Positions 14,891 to 22,464 of a stretch of DNA of 25,103 nucleotides are shown here, piece after piece. A model generated the notes under the pieces. That model searched no databases. It saw only the letters and a list, made by a program, of their open reading frames with translations, and was not told where the DNA came from. Where the stretch lies: positions 1-25,103 of IMG/VR virus record IMGVR_UViG_3300033067_002342; one strand, given 5' to 3'. Position numbers and translations under genes: made by a program. Numbering within the stretch: the first letter of the stretch is position 1; each line of letters starts with the position of its first letter. This DNA is from a virus. Its lineage: Duplodnaviria; Caudoviricetes.

Positions 14891-17117
14891 CGTCCACCTC
14901 GCGGGTGATGCCCAGCACGGTGACGGGCAACGGCAGCGACTGCTTCAGGGTGACGCGGCCGCCCAAGTCCCAGCCGCCTTGAACGAGGATCTCCACCACC
15001 TCGGAGGCAGCCGAGGGCACGCCGTACCCGTCGCCCGGGCGGCGCTGCTTCCACTGCGTCAGTTTGTCGGCGTACTGGCCGGCCTTCAGGCCCTTCGAGT
15101 CCGACACCTCGACAGCCACCTTCGTCACCGTCTTCTGCTTGTTGCGCGCCTCGCTGGCCGCCACGTCGAGCGTCTCGAGCTCCGGCTCGAAGAGCAGCCC
15201 CACCCACCCAAAGACGGCGTCACCGGGGCCGTTCGACGTGCGCATGGCGAACCCAGCCGCAGCCAGGTCGACCTTCCCGGCCACCACAGTCAGCGGGCCC
15301 ACCGGTGCGTTGCCGTCGGCGATGGCCCACACCTGCCGCCCTTCAAGCACGGCACCGGCCGCGCCCAGGTCGATGAGCGCCACAGGCGGGCCTTCCTCGA
15401 AGGGCACGGCGCAGTCGAGGGCGTTCAACCCGGCGTACTCGGTGGGGTTCAGCCGCGAGGTGAAGCGCTCGAGTTGGTAGTTGGGCCCGCGCTTTGCCAC
15501 CACATAGACGACGTCCTCGTCACCCTCGGGCACCACGGCCACCGCTTCGAACCTGTCCCCGTACGAGGGCCCCGTCTCGTGCAGCGAGTAGCCGGCCGTC
15601 TCGCCGTCCCACTGCAGGGTGATGAGCTTCCCGTCGGCCCGCACCAGCCAGAGGAGGTTCCACGGATCTTCCTGGTAGGCCAAGTCGGTGATGGCCACCG
15701 GTGAAGGCGTTTGCACAGGGGCGCCCGTCGTCACCACCCGCTCGAAGAGGTGCGACGCGTGCCACGAGATGTCACCCGACGAGAACAGCCCCGGGGCGCC
15801 GTCGGACTGGCGAACGAGGCGCAGGCCGGTGCCCTTGTTGCGCACGTAGATCAACTCGCCGCCGACGATGGCCGGACGCAGCCAGGCCGCACCCACCTCG
15901 GAGATGAGCCGAGCCTGAATGCTGAGGGGCGTCAGCCCGCCTTCGCCGCCCGTCGACCAAACGCCCGCGTCCGTCAGCAGCAGCAGGCGTTGCAGGGAGG
16001 CGAGGCCCCGAATCGTCTCGCGCTTGCGCACGGCGAGCTCGAACTCCAGCGCCATGTCGTCGAGCACCACGGGCGGCTTTTGCCAGCCGATATAGTTGCC
16101 CGTCTCGGAGGCCAGCACGGTCGCAGGGCGCACCAGGGTGCCGCCGAAGACGAGCTTGTCGTCGAAGTACGCGACGGTGAAGGGCGAGTCGGTGACGGCA
16201 CCTGCCGGCGTCGTCCACGTCATCGGGTCGACAGCGCGCGGGGCCGGGGTGGCGTAGTCGGGCTCCTCTCCGACGTCCACGAAGTCGAGCTCGTTCTTCG
16301 AGCTGCCGATGAAGCCGGAGTACTCGCCGACGCCGCGGTAGTAGTTGTACCCCAGCACCTCGTACGTGCGCGTGCCTGCCCACAGCGTGCCGGCGAGTCG
16401 ACGGCTGATCTTCACCGGCCGGTCGAGCCCGACGGCAGCCTGGCCGCCGTACGTCGCGACGACGTTGCCGACCGTCACCGTCTGCGTCACCTCGAAGCCT
16501 TCCGTCTCGGAGACGCGCCCCTGTGCGTCGCGCAGCAGCACCGACACCCACCACTTCCATGGGCGCATGGGCGTCAGCGTGGTGCTGCCCGTCAGCGTGG
16601 TGACGTCGAGGTAGGGCACGGTCGTCTTCACGCCGCTCGGCAGCTGCACCCACTCGGGCGCCTTCCGGGCAAACGACATGACGGAGAAGACGAACGTCGA
16701 CGCGCCCGTGCGGCGGAACTCGTACACGCGGCCCCGGTTGGCGATGGTGAGGAGGTCGCCGCTCTGCGCGTACTGCAGCGGCCCGGGGGCCCGAGCGCCA
16801 GCCACGTTGAAGGGCGCGGTGCCCGTCCACACCACGGCGCCCGAGCGCCAGGCACGCACCGTGCCGGAGAAGCTGAACTCGAGCAGGTAGCCCACCTCGT
16901 CGGTGACGATGAAGGGCACGAGAATCGCGCTGGTGAGCGGGTCGGCGAGCGCCCCGACGTACTGCGTGCCGGGCCTCGAGACGGCCATGCCGTGCCGCGA
17001 GGGGAAGAAGTCGCGCATGCGGCGCAGGCCCTGGCGGTACAGGCCGAGGTCCGTGCGGCCCCACAGCAGCGGGGAGAGCTCACCAGCTGCGAAGCTCGTC
17101 TGACGAATGGACGACAC
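14880..17117 (-). CDS. Tail nozzle / tail tubular protein B
   Basis: 745 aa. N-terminal QTSFAAGELSPLLWGRTDL..Y...G...RPGT signature, LQYAQSGDLL and C-terminal QSLPLPVTVLGI. Confidence 0.92.
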   Translation of the reverse strand: MSSIRQTSFAAGELSPLLWGRTDLGLYRQGLRRMRDFFPSRHGMAVSRPGTQYVGALADPLTSAILVPFIVTDEVGYLLEFSFSGTVRAWRSGAVVWTGTAPFNVAGARAPGPLQYAQSGDLLTIANRGRVYEFRRTGASTFVFSVMSFARKAPEWVQLPSGVKTTVPYLDVTTLTGSTTLTPMRPWKWWVSVLLRDAQGRVSETEGFEVTQTVTVGNVVATYGGQAAVGLDRPVKISRRLAGTLWAGTRTYEVLGYNYYRGVGEYSGFIGSSKNELDFVDVGEEPDYATPAPRAVDPMTWTTPAGAVTDSPFTVAYFDDKLVFGGTLVRPATVLASETGNYIGWQKPPVVLDDMALEFELAVRKRETIRGLASLQRLLLLTDAGVWSTGGEGGLTPLSIQARLISEVGAAWLRPAIVGGELIYVRNKGTGLRLVRQSDGAPGLFSSGDISWHASHLFERVVTTGAPVQTPSPVAITDLAYQEDPWNLLWLVRADGKLITLQWDGETAGYSLHETGPSYGDRFEAVAVVPEGDEDVVYVVAKRGPNYQLERFTSRLNPTEYAGLNALDCAVPFEEGPPVALIDLGAAGAVLEGRQVWAIADGNAPVGPLTVVAGKVDLAAAGFAMRTSNGPGDAVFGWVGLLFEPELETLDVAASEARNKQKTVTKVAVEVSDSKGLKAGQYADKLTQWKQRRPGDGYGVPSAASEVVEILVQGGWDLGGRVTLKQSLPLPVTVLGITREVDGGG

Positions 17118-17120
17118 GCG

Positions 17121-17738
17121 TCACCTCCCGCGAACGTGTTCAGCGTCGGGCGGCACGTCTCGGGTGGTGAGGCGGAGATCGGCAGCCACGGCGGTCTGCA
17201 GCGCCATGTACGCCTTGGGCCCGAGCCCCTGCGCCAGCCCGGGCTTCACGGGCAGCTCGAGCGCGAGGCGAACGGCGAGCTCGGCGGCCACGGCGTGGAT
17301 GAAGAGCGCCGGCATGATGGCCACCGACTCGACGGCCCGCGTGTAGACGAGCTCGGGCGTCTCGACGTCGGCGGCGATGACGCAGGCGTTTCCCGCGTCG
17401 TTGAGCTCGACGAGGAAGGGGTAGTCGGAGTCAGGGCGCCGAGGGCGGCCGCCCGTCTCGAGGTAGCGCGCGCCGTTGACGGACACCCAGTCAGTGGGCG
17501 CGGCGTAGACGTAGCTCCAGCCGGTGCGCTCGACGCCCGTCAGCAGGGCGAGGGTTCGGCGCTTGGTGGCCCACGACCACCAGTGCGCCTCGAGGCAGGC
17601 GTCACGCGCCAGCGGGTAGTGCGTGGCGCACGCGATGGCCGCCACCGTGTCCTCGGTGAGGTTGAGGATCTTGTCGCGCTGCCCCACGAAGCCCAGGGCG
17701 ATGTTGCAGAGGGCCGCTGGGCTCGTGAGGGTCGCCAC
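17121..17738 (-). CDS. Tail adaptor / tail tubular protein A
   Basis: 205 aa. LCNIALGFVG...YPLARDACLEAHWWSWATKR...WSYVYAAPTD...F...LA..LA pattern. GAGGTGA SD precedes the GTG start. Confidence 0.88.
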   Translation of the reverse strand: MATLTSPAALCNIALGFVGQRDKILNLTEDTVAAIACATHYPLARDACLEAHWWSWATKRRTLALLTGVERTGWSYVYAAPTDWVSVNGARYLETGGRPRRPDSDYPFLVELNDAGNACVIAADVETPELVYTRAVESVAIMPALFIHAVAAELAVRLALELPVKPGLAQGLGPKAYMALQTAVAADLRLTTRDVPPDAEHVRGR

Positions 17739-17746
17739 GCATCACC

Positions 17747-18085
17747 TCAGAGATCCTGCTCGACGGCCGAACCGGTGTTCCCGATGACGGGCGGCGCCAG
17801 CGGGGCGGGGTCTTCGTACGGCACCCACGTCTTGCCGGGCACGTCGTCGATGAGGTCGATGACGTCGCCGGGCTCGTACATGCGGCCGAGGCGGTAATGC
17901 TGCTGCGTCAGGCGGAAGCGGCCCGTGCACTTCGTGTGGTTCTTGATGGCCGCGCGGAGCTCCTCGACGGAGGCCTTCGCGGCCTTGCCGGTGGCGGCGA
18001 GGTTCGGGCCCGGGGCGTCGGTCCGCAGCGGGGCGGGCTTCGACACCTCGGCGAGGGTGGGCTGATCCTTGTTGTCCTTGGCCAT
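17747..18085 (-). CDS. Hypothetical protein (probable virion or assembly factor)
   Basis: 112 aa, AGGAG SD, G/C-ending codons, fills the gap between the tRNA and the adaptor gene. Confidence 0.8.
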   Translation of the reverse strand: MAKDNKDQPTLAEVSKPAPLRTDAPGPNLAATGKAAKASVEELRAAIKNHTKCTGRFRLTQQHYRLGRMYEPGDVIDLIDDVPGKTWVPYEDPAPLAPPVIGNTGSAVEQDL

Positions 18086-18110
18086 GGCGTGCTCCTGGTG
18101 TTGCGAGGAA

Positions 18111-18185
18111 ATGCAGGGGCTGGATTTGAACCAGCGATCTCCGGCTTATGAGGCCAGCGAGCTTTCCGGGCAGCTCCACCCTGCA
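18111..18185 (-). tRNA. tRNA-Met(CAT), initiator-like, no encoded CCA
   Basis: TGCAGGG TG GAGC TGCCCGGAAA GCTC G CTGGC CTCATAA GCCGG AGATC GCTGG TTCAAAT CCAGC CCCTGCA T folds into a complete cloverleaf. Anticodon at 18148-18150. Confidence 0.9.
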
Positions 18186-18216
18186 GAAACCCCCGCCGAG
18201 CCGAAGCCCAGCGGGG
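18186..18216 (-). terminator. GC-rich hairpin with C(UUCG)G tetraloop after the cement gene (weak terminator or processing signal)
   Basis: CCCCGCTGGGC TTCG GCTCGGCGGGG followed by GTTTCT. The U-tract is short and abuts the tRNA 5' end. Confidence 0.6.
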
Positions 18217-18222
18217 TGAAAC

Positions 18223-18684
18223 TCAGCGCATCACCTGCGGCGAGGTGTCGACGTCGACGGCGATTCCTGCGGTGCAGGTGCCGGCCGTCGTGGTGGCCGT
18301 GCCGATGGTGTAGCGCACGCCGAGGTACCGCGACGTGAGGCCAGCCTTCGGCACGCTGATGCGGATGAGGTACCCCGCGACCAGCGTGGCGAGCGCGAGG
18401 GCCGGCGTGGTGTGCAGCACCACGTAGCCCGAGAGGTCGGAGTTCGCCGACATGATGAGCTCGACGGTCAGCGTCGCGGCGCCGCCCGAGGTGAACGTCT
18501 CATCGATCTGCACGAAGAAGTTGAGGTCCTCGCCCTTCGCGGCGTCGCGGGCGATCGTCCCGTAGCCGCCCGGGCTGGTGAACGTGCCACCCGTGAGGTC
18601 GATGGCGTTGGTGGAGAGGTAGCTGCCAGCGGCCTGGCTGAGGTCCTGCGAGTCCGAGACGAGGTTCTGAAGGTCGAGAATCAT
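18223..18684 (-). CDS. Capsid cement/decoration protein (Bbp16-like)
   Basis: 153 aa. MILD...SDSQ...STNAIDL...F.SGGAATL...RYLGVRYT...AG...AGI pattern; directly after the major capsid gene; GGAG SD. Confidence 0.85.
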   Translation of the reverse strand: MILDLQNLVSDSQDLSQAAGSYLSTNAIDLTGGTFTSPGGYGTIARDAAKGEDLNFFVQIDETFTSGGAATLTVELIMSANSDLSGYVVLHTTPALALATLVAGYLIRISVPKAGLTSRYLGVRYTIGTATTTAGTCTAGIAVDVDTSPQVMR

Positions 18685-18713
18685 GGTGAGGCTCCGTGAC
18701 AGCGAGAAGGGGT

Positions 18714-18750
18714 GAGTTCGACCGGCCCCTCCCAGGCACCGGTCGAGCTC
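18714..18750 (-). promoter_or_regulatory. Intergenic stem-loop between the capsid and cement genes
   Basis: GAGCTCGACCGG (13-nt loop) CCGGTCGAACTC, 11 of 12 positions paired, no U-tract. Confidence 0.6.
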
Positions 18751-18759
18751 GAGACGGAA

Positions 18760-19764
18760 TCAGCTGACGACGGCCTCGGTGTTGAGGATCGCGTCGGACA
18801 CCCGAATCGGGTAGCCCAGCGCCGTCGTCACCTCGCGGCCGAAGGCGTCCTGGCCCACGCCGAGGGTGCCGTTCTTCGCCCCGTTTCGCGCCTGGTGGTG
18901 CAGGTACGCGGCGATCTGACGGTTGCAGTACCAGGCCACCCGCCCGTTGTCGGGCTCGTGCAGCTGGTACATCGCATCGATCATGAACTGGATGAGGTTC
19001 TCACCCGTCTTCGACAGGTTGGTCCAGTCGATGTTGCAGATGCGGACGACCGAGCGGTAGTCGGCGACCACCATGCCGAGCTTCCACTTGAAGTTCGTCT
19101 GGTACCCGAGGAAGGACTTCCCGCCACCGGTGCCGTCGTCGATGTTCTGAATGCCCATGTCGACGCGCTTGATGCCCGCCTGGGTGCCTTTCGGGTACAT
19201 CATGAAGGTGCCCTTGGGGCCCCACTTCACAAGCCAGATGGACGTCTGATCGGCGCCCGACGCGGCGGCGTCCAGCTTCAGCACCTGGCTGCCGGCGTTC
19301 GCCTTCGTGGTGGAGTCGTACCGCGGCGCGAGGCCGGAGAACTTCTCCGGGGCCGTGGCGACCGAGTGGTAGAACGCGCCGCTCTCGGCCTCGTTCATCA
19401 TGCTGGCCTGATGCGCGTCGTCCTGCTCGGCGCGGTACGCGGCGCCAGCCGGGCCCGTCATCTCAGGAAGGTCGACGTCGATGGTGTGCTTGCTCTCCAT
19501 CATGCCGCACGTCTCGGTGAACTGATCGTTGCGCACCTTGCCGGGGAGCACGCCCTCGTTCAGGCGGCGCCACGTCGGCGAGGGGAGGCCCGTGCGGGTC
19601 GTCACCTGGTGCCCGGTGTCGAGGTTGCCCTCGAGGAAGACGGCCTCGGGCACGATGCCGCGGCGCATCGACATGAGATCGATGACCTTCGCCATCGAGC
19701 CGTCGGGGTTCTTGACCTTCAGCACGTCGAGGATCGACGGCAGGGATGCGTTGATTGCGGCCAT
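18760..19764 (-). CDS. Major capsid protein (BPP-1 Bbp17/epsilon15 gp7-like, HK97 fold)
   Basis: 334 aa. EGNLDTGHQVTTRTGLPSPTWRRLNEGV, PEKFSGLAPRY, TSIWLVKWG, DYRSVVRICNID and GYPIRVSDAILNTEAVV motifs; AAGGAG SD. Confidence 0.95.
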   Translation of the reverse strand: MAAINASLPSILDVLKVKNPDGSMAKVIDLMSMRRGIVPEAVFLEGNLDTGHQVTTRTGLPSPTWRRLNEGVLPGKVRNDQFTETCGMMESKHTIDVDLPEMTGPAGAAYRAEQDDAHQASMMNEAESGAFYHSVATAPEKFSGLAPRYDSTTKANAGSQVLKLDAAASGADQTSIWLVKWGPKGTFMMYPKGTQAGIKRVDMGIQNIDDGTGGGKSFLGYQTNFKWKLGMVVADYRSVVRICNIDWTNLSKTGENLIQFMIDAMYQLHEPDNGRVAWYCNRQIAAYLHHQARNGAKNGTLGVGQDAFGREVTTALGYPIRVSDAILNTEAVVS

Positions 19765-19767
19765 GGC

Positions 19768-20469
19768 TTACTCCTTCAGGTTCGGGAACATCTGGGGGGA
19801 CTTGGGGTAGAGCGCCTTGAGGCGCGCCATCTCGTCGGCCTGCGACGCGGAGGGACCGGGCGTGTTCGCGGCGCCGGTGACGGTGTCTTCCTTGAGGGCC
19901 GCAGCGAGCTGCCCGAAGAAGCCGACGACGGCCGGGTGGAACGCGAGGCCACTGCTCTCGAGCAGGCCAGACAGCTTGCCGTCGGTGTCGAAGCGGGTGA
20001 GGAGCCGGTCGGCCCCGCGCACCACCTTCTCGAAGCCGCCCAGCTGCGTGACGATGGGGTCGGCCTTCGCGGCCGCCTTCCACTCCGACGTCTGCTTCTC
20101 GAAGCGCTCTTCAGCCACCTTCTGCGCGGCGGCGTTCGCCTCGGCGTACGCCTTCACCAACTCGCCGCCCTTCGTCTTGTCGAGGCCCAGGCGGCCGGCC
20201 AGCGCCTTCAGCGTCTCGCCAGCCTTCGCGTCGAAGCCCTCGGGGAGGTCGAGCTCGACCGGCGCGGGCGCGTCGGCCGGCTTCGTCTCGGCGTCCTTCG
20301 TCTCTGCGGGCAACTCCTTCGCGAAGACGGAGCCCTTCGCGGCCGGCGCCGTCGACGTCGCAGCAGCACCAGCAGCGGGAGCAGCACCAGCAGCGGGCGC
20401 AGTGCCCTCGGCAGGAGCAGCACCAGCGGCGGCGGGAGCAACGGGAGTCGTGGCGTTGGGCGTCGACAT
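19768..20469 (-). CDS. Capsid assembly scaffolding protein
   Basis: 233 aa directly upstream of the capsid gene. Low-complexity Ala/Pro N-terminus, L.LPEG, W...D...GG and GL..HP.VV..F...EDT motifs, ending in LYP. Confidence 0.8.
   Translation of the reverse strand: MSTPNATTPVAPAAAGAAPAEGTAPAAGAAPAAGAAATSTAPAAKGSVFAKELPAETKDAETKPADAPAPVELDLPEGFDAKAGETLKALAGRLGLDKTKGGELVKAYAEANAAAQKVAEERFEKQTSEWKAAAKADPIVTQLGGFEKVVRGADRLLTRFDTDGKLSGLLESSGLAFHPAVVGFFGQLAAALKEDTVTGAANTPGPSASQADEMARLKALYPKSPQMFPNLKE
20363..20437 (-). repeat. Four degenerate ~18-bp tandem units encoding PAAGAA
   Basis: gcagcaccagcagcggga / gcagcaccagcagcgggc / gcagtgccctcggcagga / gcagcaccagcggcggcggga on the plus strand. Confidence 0.8.
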
Positions 20470-20496
20470 GCGGCAACCATCAGCCGCACTGCGGAC
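20470..20496 (-). promoter_or_regulatory. GTCCGCA-box element, copy 1
   Basis: Minus strand reads GTCCGCA GTGCGGCT GATGGT TGCCGC ATG. No SD sequence; GCGGC/GCCGC inverted repeat. Confidence 0.6.
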
Positions 20497-20502
20497 ACGC
20501 TC

Positions 20503-20802
20503 TCAGCGCTGCTTCGAGGCCCGCGCTTCCATCGTCTCGGCCAGCATCTCGAGCCAGCGGTTGGGCGTGCGCTGCTGGATGCGCAGCAGCAACTCGAGGC
20601 CCGTGCTGCGGCGCCCCTCGGTGTAGGCCATCTCGTGCGTGTCTGGAGAATACGAAGCCCCGAAGGCACCGCTGCGCTCAATGAGGTTCCACAGCAGCCG
20701 GCGCCCGGGCGCGATGGACAGGACGGACTCGAGATCCTCCTGCTCGAGCCGCTGCTGGCGCTCGAGCGCGTCTTCACGTTGCTCGGGCGTCTGCTCCGTC
20801 AC
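20503..20802 (-). CDS. Bbp19-like small phage protein
   Basis: 99 aa. DLESVL...GRRLLWNLIERSG.F..S......MAYTEGRRSTGLELL signature of the conserved gene found between portal and scaffold. Confidence 0.85.
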   Translation of the reverse strand: MTEQTPEQREDALERQQRLEQEDLESVLSIAPGRRLLWNLIERSGAFGASYSPDTHEMAYTEGRRSTGLELLLRIQQRTPNRWLEMLAETMEARASKQR

Positions 20803-21083
20803 AGCGAGGCCCGCACGTAGAAGGCCGCCTGCCTGTCGCTGAAGTCGCGTTTGCCGTCTTCACCGAGGTCGAGCTCGCGGAAGACGACGACGGACTTGCG
20901 GATGAGGTCGTCCCCGCTGGCCTCGGGGTGCTGCTGCTTCGCGGCCGCCAGCGCAGCTCGAGCGAGGCGCAGCCCGTGGTGGTCGACCGGCGCCACCTCC
21001 GCCTTCCGCCGCAGCACAGCCCAGGCGACGAGGCCCAGCCCGAGGAGGTTCAACGCCAGCCCGGCGAGGACGATGGTTTCCAT
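20799..21083 (-). CDS. Single-pass membrane protein (possibly holin-like)
   Basis: 94 aa. One N-terminal hydrophobic helix IVLAGLALNLLGLGLVAWAVL followed by RRK; GGGAG SD. Confidence 0.7.
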   Translation of the reverse strand: METIVLAGLALNLLGLGLVAWAVLRRKAEVAPVDHHGLRLARAALAAAKQQHPEASGDDLIRKSVVVFRELDLGEDGKRDFSDRQAAFYVRASL

Positions 21084-21084
21084 G

Positions 21085-22464
21085 TCACTGCTCCCAGTGA
21101 GCGTCGACGAAGACGTCGCCGCGAAAGATTTCGGTGGCCGTCGCTGTGCCGGTGTGGACTTGCAGGATGACGTGGAAGAACCGGCCCGACTCGACGGTGA
21201 TGGGACTCTGGAACGTCATCACGAGGTCCGGCGCGCACGCTCCAGCCAACGCACCCACTACGAAGCCTTGTTGCCCCAGCGGCAGGCGTCGAGGCTGGGT
21301 GGTGACGGTCGCCGTGGTGGCGTCCACCGTAGCCAGAGACACCGCTGTCGAGCCCGTGGCGATGCCCCAATCCATGATGGTTGGCGTCGTCGCCACGGCC
21401 ACCACGGTGTTGCACGTCGAGATGCGAATGCCCGTCACGACGAGACGGAAGCTTGTGGGTACCGCGATGCCGAACAGCGCGAAGTCGGTGGCCGCACCCA
21501 CCGGCGCGGCGAACTGGAAGCGCCCGCCGAGCGTCGCGTACCCGGCCGCCGTGTTGCTCAGCGTCGCCGACGTGGGGCTCGTGCTGTTGGCGTGGTTGGT
21601 CGTCTGCGCGCCCGTGGTGGGCAGGTAGACGCCAGACAGGCCGCTCGTCGCCGCACCCTCGGCCGAGCCACGCACGACGTCCTGAACCTTGATGGACGCC
21701 TCAAACAGGCCGACGACAAGCTGCGGCGCGAGGGCCGGAGCGATGGCTCCGTTGACGACGCGCATGATGCCGCCCGGCGATTCACCGAACGAGCCTGGCG
21801 CGCCCGACGGCGCGGTGATGGTGACAGTCTCCGTGAAGCCGGTGCTGGGCGTCGAGTACCGGCACACCTGCTTGTCGGCCCACACCTCGATGGCGAAGTA
21901 CGAATAGACGCCAGCCGTCGGCGCCGTCATCACTGCCGACGTCTCGGTGCTGCTGCGAATGTTGACGCACTCGAACGCGCCGGAGGCATTCCACCTGAAC
22001 AGCGCGCCGTCCGTCGGCGCTGCGTTCGTCAGCGCGTTGCCGAAGCCGAACTCGGCCAGCGCGTTCGTCTGCGGTAGGTTGTTCGGCCGCGCGCGCCCGT
22101 GGAAGTACAGCGCCCCGTCCGCGTACCCTCTGAACTTCGGCACGGTGAGGAGCGTCGAGTAGGTGTTGAGCGTCGTGATGGCCGACGCGTTGAGGGTGAT
22201 GGCGCCCGCCGCAACCGTCGCTGTCTGCGTCAGAATCGACTGCGCCCACTTGTTGTGTCCGGCGACTGCCGAGCCGACGAAGACGTCACGGAACAGCGGG
22301 GCGTCGCGTCCGATGTCGACGCGGTTGTCCGCGAAGCGCAGCGTCTGGCCGCGCGAGTCGTTCAGCTGGAAGCCGCCGTCTGCCACCACCTGTACGGTGC
22401 CGTTGACGGTGACGTCAGCGAGGGCGAGGGCGGGTACGAGGGACAGCAAGAGAAGGAGGCGCAT
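21085..22464 (-). CDS. Thr/Ala-rich beta-sandwich protein with signal-peptide-like N-terminus (lectin- or decoration-like)
   Basis: 459 aa. MRLLLLLSLVPALALA-DVTV; beta-strand-rich; abuts both neighbouring genes. Confidence 0.75.
   Translation of the reverse strand: MRLLLLLSLVPALALADVTVNGTVQVVADGGFQLNDSRGQTLRFADNRVDIGRDAPLFRDVFVGSAVAGHNKWAQSILTQTATVAAGAITLNASAITTLNTYSTLLTVPKFRGYADGALYFHGRARPNNLPQTNALAEFGFGNALTNAAPTDGALFRWNASGAFECVNIRSSTETSAVMTAPTAGVYSYFAIEVWADKQVCRYSTPSTGFTETVTITAPSGAPGSFGESPGGIMRVVNGAIAPALAPQLVVGLFEASIKVQDVVRGSAEGAATSGLSGVYLPTTGAQTTNHANSTSPTSATLSNTAAGYATLGGRFQFAAPVGAATDFALFGIAVPTSFRLVVTGIRISTCNTVVAVATTPTIMDWGIATGSTAVSLATVDATTATVTTQPRRLPLGQQGFVVGALAGACAPDLVMTFQSPITVESGRFFHVILQVHTGTATATEIFRGDVFVDAHWEQ

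Noticed and set aside
17742-18179. 145-aa ORF beginning MELPGKLAGLISRRSLVQIQPL
   Set aside because: It is a translation of the tRNA sequence plus an off-frame read of the 112-aa gene.
18111-18185. tRNA as a prophage attachment site
   Set aside because: It is flanked on both sides by contiguous virion genes, with no integrase, duplicated 3' fragment or host genes in the window.
19041-19047. Additional GTCCGCA heptamer inside the capsid gene (another lies on the opposite strand at 18021-18027)
   Set aside because: Intragenic, and I saw no gene start at the matching distance. Occasional chance hits are expected at this GC content.
20363-20437. Tandem repeats as a CRISPR-like or regulatory array
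   Set aside because: There are no spacers; the units are in frame and encode the Ala/Pro linker of the scaffold protein.
8736-20820. Very long plus-strand ORFs (785 aa at 8736-11093, 643 aa at 12035-13966, 728 aa at 15711-17897, 702 aa at 18712-20820)
   Set aside because: They are antisense shadows of G/C-ending minus-strand genes. They have Arg/His/Leu-skewed composition and no recognisable motifs, and they completely overlap well-supported phage genes.
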